Positions 17,135-26,501 of a DNA stretch of 64,000 nt are shown one piece after another. Position numbers and translations under genes: made by a program. The notes beneath the pieces were generated by a model. That model had not been told where the DNA came from, made no database searches, and saw only the letters and a list, made by a program, of their open reading frames with translations. Positions within the stretch are counted from its first letter, which is position 1; every line of letters begins with the position of its first letter. The DNA is from an uncultured Victivallales bacterium (GTDB taxonomy: Bacteria > Verrucomicrobiota > Lentisphaeria > Victivallales > GWF2-45-14), in NCBI GenBank assembly GCA_964651145.1, contig CAZYVR010000002.1, positions 63 to 64,062 of the forward strand, in the 5' to 3' direction.

Positions 17135-19642
17135 TTACTCGAATGACACTGTTTTTTGGGCGAGCTGTTTATTTTCTGAACTTATTAGAATCAGCGCTTT
17201 CAAGTTGTGCAATTCCTCATTTAAAGATATGCTGATGGGCTCTAATGATGTCCAAGTTTTTTTCAGATAATCCAAATGCAGTATTTTTTCTTCCTTTATC
17301 AATTTTTTATTTTTATAAATTTTAATTTTAACATCCAAGTTTTTGATCGGAGCTTGGGTTTCCAGATTCAATATGAAGCTTAAGACTGAAACGTATTCGC
17401 CGCCTGCAACAGCCTGATTTTTCTTGTCTGAAACATTGATCCTTATATCGTTGGTTTGATGAAGGATCTCTTCAGGCTTCGAGTTGTTTTTTTCGTCCAA
17501 TCTTTCTCTTATGATTATTTTTAGCCTTGTGATTTTTTCGTCCAATTTTTTGCAAACTTTGACACCGTTGCTTAAATGACACCTTCGTATTCCTCGTTTG
17601 ACATATTCTTTTTTTTCTTTAGGCAGTTTATGATCCCAATTATTTAAATTATCTATCGACGGATTGATTAAGTTTTTTGCTTTGCTTAGTTCCTTGAGGG
17701 CTTTTTCCGGATGATTAGCTGAGTTCAGTTCTTTGGCGTAAACATATAAATATCTAATTTGCCCGACTTCCTTTGCTACAGTCAATCTTGCCATTAAGTT
17801 TTGCAAATCCAAAAGAGCTTCGGATTTTACTGTGCTTTCGGCTTTTAAAAGCAGAGCATAGGCTCTGTTAATTTTGTCAAGCATTTTCTTTAGAACATTG
17901 GAGTTATGATATTTGCGTGGAATATCGGCGCCCCAGACATTCAGGTGTTTTATCAGCTTGTCGTATTCCAGTATATAATTGTAGGATGCGTTTTTTAGCA
18001 GTATGTTCGCTTTTTGGATTAAGGGGGCCGCTTTTTCCCCATATCTTTGGCTTGCCGCCCGGTAGATGAATTGCTTAAAGCTCTCATCTGTTTCGCCTTC
18101 CATAAATAATACTTTTGCAATTCCTCCATCATACCCATTGCTGTTCAAGAGGCGCGCTCCTGGCGCGTTTGCGTTCCATGAAAACTCCGAGCTTCCAAGA
18201 ACCATATCGCCAGAGCCGTTTCTGGAGAAATTTAAAATGATATCCTCTTTGGATTCCGGGAAATAGAATGTTTTGTTGTATTTATAGCATGTGTTATAAA
18301 GCATCCCTATTTGATTTTCCATTTCAGGATAGCCCCATGTCGAAAAATATGTCATTATCGGATTTGAGCCAAATACTTCTTTTCTTTTTTCATAAGTTTT
18401 GCGATTATGCTCTCGGACTAGAAATGGAGTTTTTGATGGCAAGTATGAAATCAGGCGAGAAAAATGCTTGAGGTCTTCTTTATTGGCAAAGTCCATAGAA
18501 TACCTGTCGCTAACAGCGACTATGCAGTCAGGATATCCTTTTTTTATTGCTTCTATAAATTTATTATATAGATTGGCGTAACCTTTTGCTTCGTCTTCTC
18601 CAAATCTGTTTTTGCATTCATCGCACCTAAGCTTCCATTTGCCTTGAGTGTCGATTTTATGCAGATAGATCAATCCCGGTTTTACTTCTTTTGCAAATTC
18701 TGTAAGCCATTTGCATTTCTTGTCAATTAATTTTTCCCGACTCCAGCAATACAGCATTCCTTGATGCTCTATCATGTTTTGATTTTCTGGTCTATTTTTG
18801 TCGGAGCTTCGGGCTAGATTTACAAACATTGAAAAGCCTACTAGTATTCCGCGTTCACGAGCGTATAAACAAACTTCTTTTAGCCAGAGGATAGCGTGGG
18901 CGTCCAATTTATGGAGTTCTTGAGCTTGGGCTAGATTCAATTTGTTGTCAAGAATTTTTTGATCAATGAGTTTTTTTGTTTCATCTATTTCAAGAGAATA
19001 TGCGAAACAATCATGAAGAAGTCTTGTTCCTCTATATTTGTAGTCAGGCCAATCTTCAATATTTGCTTTTTGAAAATAAATGCCTTTTTTATCTTTTTTT
19101 ATTAGTCTTATGAATGTGATGGCTCCCCAAAGAATCCCTTGATCGTCTTTGCCGACAACTAAAGCGTTTTTATCGTTGATGAAATTTATAATGTATCCCT
19201 GTTGAGGAAGCTCTGTTGCTTTTTTTAAATTTTTCGCCTTATTGGGGAAGTTCGGAAGCGATGACAATTGCTTGGGGCTGATCAGATATATTATGGTTGA
19301 ATTTGCCTTTGAGTCATCGCTTAAATCTTTTATATGCTTGGTTAAAGATTTTATATTTAAGCTTTTAAGCTTTTTTGCTATTTTTTCGGCGGCAATTCTA
19401 GATTTTTTGTTTTCTGCAATTGCTATTATAATATGATGCCCTTTGCCTTGAGTCTTTTGCTGATATATTTTTTTATCGAAAACATAAATAGATTTAGGAG
19501 TTGGAATTATATTTAAAGAAGCTTTTGTGGCTTTTTTTATGCTTGAAATGTCTTTCAGGCTTGTTTTATTGCAGCTTGCCAAAAAAAACAAGGCGCTTAT
19601 GATAAGCATGAAATTTATTATATATATTTTTGTTTTTTGCAT
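17135..19642 (-). CDS. Lipoprotein glycoside hydrolase-like protein with GH20 domain-2 fold (paralogue of 8310..11225)
   Basis: Lipobox FLASC; IIPTPK, QQGYII...GKDDQGILWGAITF..L, IEDWPDYKYRG, SEFSWN; start set at ATG 19642, 2 nt after the upstream stop. Confidence 0.65.
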   Translation of the reverse strand: MQKTKIYIINFMLIISALFFLASCNKTSLKDISSIKKATKASLNIIPTPKSIYVFDKKIYQQKTQGKGHHIIIAIAENKKSRIAAEKIAKKLKSLNIKSLTKHIKDLSDDSKANSTIIYLISPKQLSSLPNFPNKAKNLKKATELPQQGYIINFINDKNALVVGKDDQGILWGAITFIRLIKKDKKGIYFQKANIEDWPDYKYRGTRLLHDCFAYSLEIDETKKLIDQKILDNKLNLAQAQELHKLDAHAILWLKEVCLYARERGILVGFSMFVNLARSSDKNRPENQNMIEHQGMLYCWSREKLIDKKCKWLTEFAKEVKPGLIYLHKIDTQGKWKLRCDECKNRFGEDEAKGYANLYNKFIEAIKKGYPDCIVAVSDRYSMDFANKEDLKHFSRLISYLPSKTPFLVREHNRKTYEKRKEVFGSNPIMTYFSTWGYPEMENQIGMLYNTCYKYNKTFYFPESKEDIILNFSRNGSGDMVLGSSEFSWNANAPGARLLNSNGYDGGIAKVLFMEGETDESFKQFIYRAASQRYGEKAAPLIQKANILLKNASYNYILEYDKLIKHLNVWGADIPRKYHNSNVLKKMLDKINRAYALLLKAESTVKSEALLDLQNLMARLTVAKEVGQIRYLYVYAKELNSANHPEKALKELSKAKNLINPSIDNLNNWDHKLPKEKKEYVKRGIRRCHLSNGVKVCKKLDEKITRLKIIIRERLDEKNNSKPEEILHQTNDIRINVSDKKNQAVAGGEYVSVLSFILNLETQAPIKNLDVKIKIYKNKKLIKEEKILHLDYLKKTWTSLEPISISLNEELHNLKALILISSENKQLAQKTVSFE

Positions 19643-19644
19643 TT

Positions 19645-20394
19645 TTACAAACTTCCTTTCCAAAAAAACTTGTTCTCTTGTGATGAATAATAAGTGTTCG
19701 TAGTGTCTTTCGGGCAAACTCTTGGGTCTGTCATTTTTAGGCTGTTTGCATGGCCGTCAAAAAAGAGCGAGTTCATTTTTCTATTGTGCCTGAACTCAAG
19801 TGGGGAGCCGACTCCTAAATATACTCTGGCGCCATGCCATTCATAACCATCGTTTTCCGCAGCCAAAAGGCATTTTGACGAATTTTTTATTTTTGTTGTT
19901 GGAAGATGATATTTGCCTGCCAAGGGGGCAGTGAAGCCTGACACAAACCAGTTCATTCCGTAACTTGCAAGGACATAAGCTATTTCATTGTCTCTGTTTC
20001 TGAAGTAACTGGAATTTTTGTTGACTGGCTTCTTGGAATTCTCTGCGGGGCAGTAAAATAGCGAATCACTTGTGGGGGCTGTTGCGCTGCCACCTTTTAT
20101 GCTTAAATAATTAGAGGCAAGGCAACCTCTCCAGTCTGTGCTTGATGGGGCATTGTCTTCGTGAACTGCTGGCAAGTAATTATTATAATCAGTAGAGTAC
20201 ATGTTAAGGAAAAGGCCTAATTGTTTTAAATTATTGGAGCAGGACATTTGTTTAGCCATGTCGCGTGCTTTGCTAAGGGCAGGCAATAACAAGGACGCCA
20301 AAATAGCTATAACTGCTATAACTAATAATAATTCGATGAGCGTAAATCTAAGCCTGAGCCTGTTTTCTGTTTGATGAATTCTTGAAATGTTCAT
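19645..20394 (-). CDS. Prepilin-type N-terminal cleavage/methylation protein with H-X9-DG motif (DUF1559-like)
   Basis: [29 protein letters not shown]; CSNNLKQLG; FYCPAE; [14 protein letters not shown]. Confidence 0.92.
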   Translation of the reverse strand: MNISRIHQTENRLRLRFTLIELLLVIAVIAILASLLLPALSKARDMAKQMSCSNNLKQLGLFLNMYSTDYNNYLPAVHEDNAPSSTDWRGCLASNYLSIKGGSATAPTSDSLFYCPAENSKKPVNKNSSYFRNRDNEIAYVLASYGMNWFVSGFTAPLAGKYHLPTTKIKNSSKCLLAAENDGYEWHGARVYLGVGSPLEFRHNRKMNSLFFDGHANSLKMTDPRVCPKDTTNTYYSSQENKFFWKGSL

Positions 20395-21533
20395 AAAGAA
20401 AAATCCTCATGCTGATTTTTTTTTGTTGATTTTCTTTCTATCAGCCTTATTGGGATTCTGACTATGGTTCCGGGCTTGTAATTTCCCAGCGCCGCCCTTG
20501 CGCCTTCGCGGCCTTTTTCTTCTTCGCATTGGTCTACTGAGGTCAGAGGCGGCTCCAGATATTCGCAGAAGTCGAGATTTCCGCAGCCAATGACGCTTAT
20601 GTCTTCTGGAACATTGAGGCCGTTTTCCTTTAGAGCTTTCATTGCGCCTCTGGCAAGTTTGTCGGTGCCGCAGGCTATTGCTGTTATGGAGCGCTTTTTT
20701 ATATGCGGCAAAATTCTTGCAGTGGCTTCGTAGCCATCGTCCGCGGTCTCGCCAGGGAGGTCGTCCATAATTGCTTTTGGATATAGGGGAAGGTTGTTGG
20801 TTCTCATGAAATTATAAAACTCATCGCGTATTTCACGGTTCCATGCCCAGCACAACGGCTCGTTCAGGAATGCGATGTTTCTGTGTCCTGAATCCTTCAG
20901 AAATTGAAGCGATGTCCGGATGGCCAAGCCATTTGAATCTGTAATATGGATTATTCCATCGTAAAAGCCGTGGATTGTGCGACCCATTATAATTGTTGGA
21001 ATATTTTCGCCGAGGAGCTTGACTATTAGAGCTACATTTTCATTGTCCAGCTTGCCGCCGACAAGCACAGCGCGCAGGTCTCTTCTGGAGGCAATGCTGT
21101 TTATCTTGGAAGTGAGCTCGCTTTTGTCTTTGTATGGAACTGACGCGCAAATAAGATGAAATCCCTTTGCCGATGCTATTTCTTCCACGCCTTTCAAGAC
21201 TCTGGCGTGGTAAGAATTCGCAAAATCTGTCCCGCTCAGGATGAAAGCGATGCATGAAGGAACTGCGTATTTGTCGGTTTGATTGCTGGCTGTGTTGCCA
21301 TCGGCTACGAACGTTCCTTTTTTTGGGCGCCTGAAGCAGATGCCTTCCTTTATCAGTTTGTCGAGCGCGCGCTCGGCTGTTTTTACGCTGACTTTCGCGC
21401 TTCGCGCTATTGTTTTTATGTCGGGAAGCATAGCGCCGGGTTCAAGATTTTTTTTCGCAATATAGTTTTTTAGTTGATTGCTCAGCTGAACATAAATTGC
21501 GTCTGAACTGTTTTTGTCTAAAATTATATCCAT
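20391..21533 (-). CDS. GntR-family wHTH fused to a LacI-type sugar-binding domain (AraR-like architecture) transcriptional regulator
   Basis: [13 protein letters not shown]...LP....A....VS..T..RAL..L..EG....RP.KGTFV; C-terminal [12 protein letters not shown]...PPLTSV. Confidence 0.9.
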   Translation of the reverse strand: MDIILDKNSSDAIYVQLSNQLKNYIAKKNLEPGAMLPDIKTIARSAKVSVKTAERALDKLIKEGICFRRPKKGTFVADGNTASNQTDKYAVPSCIAFILSGTDFANSYHARVLKGVEEIASAKGFHLICASVPYKDKSELTSKINSIASRRDLRAVLVGGKLDNENVALIVKLLGENIPTIIMGRTIHGFYDGIIHITDSNGLAIRTSLQFLKDSGHRNIAFLNEPLCWAWNREIRDEFYNFMRTNNLPLYPKAIMDDLPGETADDGYEATARILPHIKKRSITAIACGTDKLARGAMKALKENGLNVPEDISVIGCGNLDFCEYLEPPLTSVDQCEEEKGREGARAALGNYKPGTIVRIPIRLIERKSTKKNQHEDFSL

Positions 21534-21543
21534 TGATTATCCC

Positions 21544-21592
21544 GATTATACAAGTGATTATACATATAATACTTATTGCGTCTGAAAAGTCA
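21544..21592 (-). promoter_or_regulatory. Putative sigma70 promoter (TTGACT-N16-TATTAT) with a downstream TGTATAATC direct repeat (candidate operator)
   Basis: Minus strand reads attgacttttcagacgcaataagtattatatgtataatcacttgtataatcgggataatcaATG. Confidence 0.4.
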
Positions 21593-21693
21593 ATAGTTTT
21601 TCTGTTTTTTTTTGATTTAGCTCTTGCGTGTTTCGTTTATCGAATTATAATAGCTCCATATTACGAGAAACGAATAAATACAAGGGGTTTGTT

Positions 21694-22800
21694 GTGAATA
21701 TAGGATTAGTTAAGGAAATTAAAGCCGAAGAGTACAGGGTTGCTTTGACACCAGCCAGCGCAATGGAGTATGTTGATTGCGGGCATCAGGTTTTGGTTGA
21801 AGATGGCGCAGGCTTGGGATCTGGTTTTTCAAATGAAGAATATATAGCCAATGGCTGCAAAATTATTTCCGACAAGCAAGAGCTATTTGACAAGTCGGAT
21901 ATGATAATAAAAGTCAAAGAGCCGCTCCCTGAAGAATATGATTTTTTTCATGAGGGGCAGATTTTGTACACATATCTGCATTTGGCGGCTGATAAGGTTT
22001 TGACTGAAGCTTTGCTTAAAAAGAAGGTGTCGGCAGTTGCTTATGAAACAGTGACAGAGCGTGACGGGTCTTTGCCTTTGCTTATCCCTATGTCTCAGAT
22101 AGCCGGGCGGATGTCCGTTCAGGAGGGCGCCAAATATCTTGAAAAAACATTCGGCGGCAGGGGCATAATATTGGGCGGAGTCCCCGGAATAAATAAAGGC
22201 AAAGTGCTTATTCTCGGCGCGGGCATAGCAGGAACAAACGCATGCAAAATCGCCATTGGCATGGGCGCGGATGTGACGATTATGGACATTTCCGCAAAGC
22301 GTCTTTCGGAGCTTGACGACATCTTTGGAAACTCAGTGAAGACGCTTTACTCTAATTCATACAATATTGACGAGATGATTCGGGAAGCCGACCTCATTAT
22401 AGGGGCGGTCCTGATTCCCGGCGCGGCGGCTCCGAAACTGATAAAAAGAGAAGACCTCAAGAAGATGAAAAAAGGCGCGGTCATCGTTGACATCGCCGTA
22501 GACCAGGGCGGCTGTTTTGAGACTACCAAGCCGACATATCATTCACTCCCCACATTTATCGTTGACGATGTTGTCCATTATTGCGTGGCGAACATGCCGG
22601 GCGCCGTCGGGTTGAGCTCCACTTATGCGCTGACCAGTGTCACCAACCGCTATGGGCTTATTATAGCCAACAAGGGAATAAGCGAAGCATTGAAGCATCC
22701 GCAAATTCTGACCGGCTTGAATTGTTATGATGGAAAACTGACCAACCGGGCAGTGGCGGAGGCTCATGGCATGTTTTTTGAGGAGCACAGCAATGTTTGA
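21694..22800 (+). CDS. ald: Alanine dehydrogenase
   Basis: IGLVKEIKAEEYRVALTP, KVKEP, YLHLAA, MSQIAGRMS, GKVLILGAGIAG, VDIAVDQGGCFET, VANMPGAV; GTG start. Confidence 0.96.
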   Translation: MNIGLVKEIKAEEYRVALTPASAMEYVDCGHQVLVEDGAGLGSGFSNEEYIANGCKIISDKQELFDKSDMIIKVKEPLPEEYDFFHEGQILYTYLHLAADKVLTEALLKKKVSAVAYETVTERDGSLPLLIPMSQIAGRMSVQEGAKYLEKTFGGRGIILGGVPGINKGKVLILGAGIAGTNACKIAIGMGADVTIMDISAKRLSELDDIFGNSVKTLYSNSYNIDEMIREADLIIGAVLIPGAAAPKLIKREDLKKMKKGAVIVDIAVDQGGCFETTKPTYHSLPTFIVDDVVHYCVANMPGAVGLSSTYALTSVTNRYGLIIANKGISEALKHPQILTGLNCYDGKLTNRAVAEAHGMFFEEHSNV

Positions 22801-23239
22801 TGATATTGACAGAAAGATTATTTCTATTTTAAATGAAGACGGCCGAATAAACAACAATGAAATAGCCAAGCAGCTTTCAGTTTCGGAAGGCACAGTGAGG
22901 AACAGGCTGAAAAAACTTACAGGAGCCGGGGCTTTTAAAGTTGCCGGACTCATAAATCCCGATGTGGTTCCAGATAAACAGCTTGTTTTTCTTGGGGTAA
23001 AAGTGGCGGTCAGCAAAGATCTGCTCAAGATAACCGGAAAGATATCCAGCCTGGATGAAGTGCATGCCGCATATATAACAACCGGACGATATGACATTAT
23101 TATAGAAGCCTGGCTTGATCTTAAATACGGCTTGATTAAATTTCTCAGCGATGCTCTGGCGTCGGTTGAAGGAATCGTCTCAACGGAAAGCTTTCTTATT
23201 ATGAAAAGCTTTGACAAATGGATTCCTGAAAACGGCTGA
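22793..23239 (+). CDS. Lrp/AsnC family transcriptional regulator
   Basis: DDIDRKIISILNEDGR....IAK.L.VSEGTVRNRLKKL; TGRYDII; start overlaps the end of ald. Confidence 0.92.
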   Translation: MFDDIDRKIISILNEDGRINNNEIAKQLSVSEGTVRNRLKKLTGAGAFKVAGLINPDVVPDKQLVFLGVKVAVSKDLLKITGKISSLDEVHAAYITTGRYDIIIEAWLDLKYGLIKFLSDALASVEGIVSTESFLIMKSFDKWIPENG

Positions 23240-23252
23240 AAAGCTTTTTCTC

Positions 23253-23290
23253 AAAAAAAAATCCCATGAAAGAAATTTCTTTCATGGGAT
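23253..23290 (-). terminator. Intrinsic terminator between the convergent lrp and asp23 genes
   Basis: Perfect 30 bp palindrome atcccatgaaagaaatttctttcatgggat (23261-23290) preceded by an A8 run (U-tract on minus). Confidence 0.85.
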
Positions 23291-23306
23291 AAAATTTAGC
23301 GTTAAG

Positions 23307-23771
23307 CTATTCTTTGCTTTCTTCTTCCTCTTCTTCCAGTTCTGGACGAATCAGTTTCTGAACGAAAACATTGACCTGGTCAACTTCGAGGCCGGTCATT
23401 TTCTTGATTTCGTTTTTCACTGTGTTCTGGATTCGAGCTGAGACAGATGGCACATTTTCGCCATAAGCGATGTTTACTTTGACCGCAATGTTCAAAGAGC
23501 TTTCCTGCATGTCGATGCCGATGGAGCTTTTTGTGCGTCCGCCGCCTACCAGGCCGGCAATGTTGTCAATTAGTGAAGAGCCTTCGAGCTCAACAGCGCC
23601 TTTCATGTTTGCAAGAGATTCATGAACGACATCGGCAATGACATTTTCATGAATCTTGATCTCGCCAAGATCTGTTTTTTCGCTGATTTCTTTTAACTGA
23701 GTTTGTTTCTGTGGCGCGGGTTTCGCCGCTTTGGCGGTTGTTGTTGATTTTTTTGTGCGTTTTGTTACCAT
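23307..23771 (-). CDS. Asp23/Gls24 family envelope stress protein
   Basis: GEIKIHENVIA.V......M.G; V.IAYGENVP.V...IQ..VK..I..MTGLEV..VNVFV; GGAGG RBS before ATG 23771. Confidence 0.88.
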   Translation of the reverse strand: MVTKRTKKSTTTAKAAKPAPQKQTQLKEISEKTDLGEIKIHENVIADVVHESLANMKGAVELEGSSLIDNIAGLVGGGRTKSSIGIDMQESSLNIAVKVNIAYGENVPSVSARIQNTVKNEIKKMTGLEVDQVNVFVQKLIRPELEEEEEESKE

Positions 23772-23848
23772 GATCAATCCTCCCTGAGTTTAGACTGGCA
23801 TTAAGATAAACTTCAAATGCGATCAATACAATAAAAATATGAGAAAAG

Positions 23849-25261
23849 TTATTCAGAGCTTGCAGGAAAAATGGCTTTGCATACGGTGCCGACGCCTTCC
23901 TTGCTTTCTATTTCCAACACGCCGTCGAACTCGTGGACGATATCCCGCACGATCGAGAGTCCCAGTCCAGTGCCTTCATCCACACCTTTAGTGGTGTAAA
24001 ACGGCTCAAAGCAGTTTTCCATTGTTTTTTTAGACATTCCAATTCCGTTGTCGCGTATTTCGAACACAACGCGCTTTTTATCCTGAATAGAGTAAAGAGT
24101 CAGCTCAACCTCTTTTTTGTAGCCTTCTTTTTTCAGTTCGCTTTTTTTGTCCACAGCGAAGCGGGCGTTTGAAATAAAGTTTACGGCTATCTGTTCGAAT
24201 CTTTGAGGATCCAACCGCACTTCCGGGAGGTTTTCTTCATAGTTTTTCTTGAGGTCGATGTTGTGCAGGCGGATTTGTTCATGGAAAAACAACAATGCGC
24301 TTTCAAGGGGGACGGTCATGTCTATTGGTTTTGGCTCTTGATTTTTTACGCGGGCAAACTTGCGCATGTGATTTATTATATTTGACGCTTTTTCAACGCT
24401 TGCTATGCTTATGTCAAAAGCGTTTTCCAACTTTTTTTCTTTTAGATCGGAATTATCCTTTAATACTGAGCGCAATAATTCCAGATAACCGCGGATCACG
24501 CACAGTGGTTGATTTATTTCATGCGCTATCCCGGCTGCCATTTCGCCCATTGCGGTCAGGCGTCCGGCGTGAGCCAGTTGTTTTTGCTTTTCCTGCAACT
24601 GAACCCCCTGAGTTACTCTTATATCATTAAATGCCCATATAAGAGGAATCGCAAGCAGCAAAAAAATTCCGGCAAGAATGAGAGAGCGATAAAGGATTGA
24701 TTCCAGACTCGAACTTATCTTGGCTATTTCCACGTCTGCGCAAGCGACATAAACTTTGCCGGCAGTGGAGCGCAGCGGAATGTAGACGCTGCGATAATGG
24801 CCCCATTGGTCTGTGTAGTCAAGAAAAGTTATTTTATCTGACTTAAAAACTTTTTTCAGCTCTTCCGGCGCCGATTTGTAGCCAGTGAAGTACCTTACTG
24901 CCTTTTCGTTAGCCAGCTCTTCATTTGAGGAGCTGGCAGCAGTGACAATGGCATTTTCGTCTTTGTTGATTATTACCGTATAGATGTATGCTATGCCGAG
25001 CTCATTGGCTAAACGAGTGAGCTTTTTTATATTTTTGCGGTCTTCTTTCGGGGAAATAGAATTCTTTGACTCCGTCCGGTCATGGAAATCGTCCCCCAGT
25101 ATTTGCGCTGCCCCATATGCGGCGGCGGTGATGAGTTTGTCATAGGTTTCAAGGACAGACAGCTCGTCCCGTCTATACATATATGTAGTGCATATAACAA
25201 TTCCCGCAACATATATAAGCAGCGCTAAAAGAACTTTATGAAACTTTTTTACTTTTGCCAT
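23849..25261 (-). CDS. Membrane sensor histidine kinase (NtrB-like HisKA plus HATPase)
   Basis: GEMAAGIAHEINQPL; FEQIAVNFISNA; RDNGIGM; FYTTK...GTGLGLSI; GVGT; two TM segments around a periplasmic domain. Confidence 0.92.
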   Translation of the reverse strand: MAKVKKFHKVLLALLIYVAGIVICTTYMYRRDELSVLETYDKLITAAAYGAAQILGDDFHDRTESKNSISPKEDRKNIKKLTRLANELGIAYIYTVIINKDENAIVTAASSSNEELANEKAVRYFTGYKSAPEELKKVFKSDKITFLDYTDQWGHYRSVYIPLRSTAGKVYVACADVEIAKISSSLESILYRSLILAGIFLLLAIPLIWAFNDIRVTQGVQLQEKQKQLAHAGRLTAMGEMAAGIAHEINQPLCVIRGYLELLRSVLKDNSDLKEKKLENAFDISIASVEKASNIINHMRKFARVKNQEPKPIDMTVPLESALLFFHEQIRLHNIDLKKNYEENLPEVRLDPQRFEQIAVNFISNARFAVDKKSELKKEGYKKEVELTLYSIQDKKRVVFEIRDNGIGMSKKTMENCFEPFYTTKGVDEGTGLGLSIVRDIVHEFDGVLEIESKEGVGTVCKAIFPASSE

Positions 25262-25334
25262 TGCTTGGAGTCCTTGCCTTGCTTTGATTTCTAAATACTA
25301 TAGCATAAAAGCATATAAGCGCAAAGTTTGGGAA

Positions 25335-26477
25335 TCAAAGCTTTTGCTCGCCGTTTACAAACACAGCCAAAGGCTGGAAGTCGTTATCAAGCAATACTAT
25401 GTCGGCATAATAACATGCTTCAAGTTTTCCTGTTTTTTCCAGCCCCAGTGAAAGCGCTTGATTATAGCTTGTTGCCTTGACTACTTGCGACAGCGGCAGT
25501 CCAGACGCGGCATATGCGTTTTTGACGCCATTATTATAGCGCAGAGTGCTTCCCGCCAAGGCTCCATTCGATTTGAGCCGGGCTGCGTTGTCTTTAACTG
25601 TCACTTCAAGCCCGCCCAGATCATAGTCGCCGTCATCCAGCCATGATGCGCACATGGTGTCGGTTATTAGCGCTATTTTGTCTATAGGCTTGACTTTGAA
25701 GATAAGCGCGAGCATGTCAGGGCAAATATGGATATTGTCCGTGATTATTTCAATAAGCGTGTTGTCGTCACAAAGTCCGGAACCCACAAGTCCGATTTCG
25801 CGATGGTGCAACTTTGTCATTTGGTTGCAGAAATGCGTTAAATGCTTCAGTCCCAGATTTCTGGCCTTTTTAAATTCGGCGAAAGTCGCGTTGCTGTGCC
25901 CGCAGGAAGGCGTTATCCCGCAGGACGCCAGCTCGCGAGTGAATTCCATTCCTCCTTCGACTTCTATGGCATAGGAGACAATCAGCACTTTGGCGATGGA
26001 ATTCAGCTTTTTGATTTCTTCAATGTCAGGTTTGCGCACGAAAGCCGGATTTTGCGCTCCGGCGCATTCGCAATTTATGTATGGGCCTTCAAGATGAACG
26101 CCGGGGACTTTTGCTCCGCTTGGATTCTTCTGGTATTCCGCCACGTATTCCATAGTTTGGACCAGGCGTTCTCCGGGAAGAGTCAGCGTGGTGGGCAAAT
26201 ACGTGGTGACGCCTTCCTTTATTTTTGTTTCCGCTATTGTGCGGATGGCTTCTATTTTTTCGTCTGTGGTGTCATAGCCAGAGGCTCCATGGGAATGCAT
26301 ATCCACAAAACCCGGCATTGCCATTTTTCCTTTTGCGTCATAGACGCTGTCTGTTTCAGGAAGCTGTTCTCCTTCCAGGTATATGCCTTTTATGAACTTG
26401 CCTTCAATTTCTATGGAGGCTCCCGGAATGTCGCTGTTTGGCGATATGGCCCTACAATTTTTTATCAATATGCTCAT
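25335..26477 (-). CDS. nagA: N-acetylglucosamine-6-phosphate deacetylase
   Basis: PGFVDMHSHG, GVTTYLPT, GVHLEGPY, GAQ, GHSNAT, THFCNQM, D..H, LAGS. Confidence 0.95.
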   Translation of the reverse strand: MSILIKNCRAISPNSDIPGASIEIEGKFIKGIYLEGEQLPETDSVYDAKGKMAMPGFVDMHSHGASGYDTTDEKIEAIRTIAETKIKEGVTTYLPTTLTLPGERLVQTMEYVAEYQKNPSGAKVPGVHLEGPYINCECAGAQNPAFVRKPDIEEIKKLNSIAKVLIVSYAIEVEGGMEFTRELASCGITPSCGHSNATFAEFKKARNLGLKHLTHFCNQMTKLHHREIGLVGSGLCDDNTLIEIITDNIHICPDMLALIFKVKPIDKIALITDTMCASWLDDGDYDLGGLEVTVKDNAARLKSNGALAGSTLRYNNGVKNAYAASGLPLSQVVKATSYNQALSLGLEKTGKLEACYYADIVLLDNDFQPLAVFVNGEQKL

Positions 26478-26501
26478 TTTATTTGGTCCTTTATAGAATT
26501 T

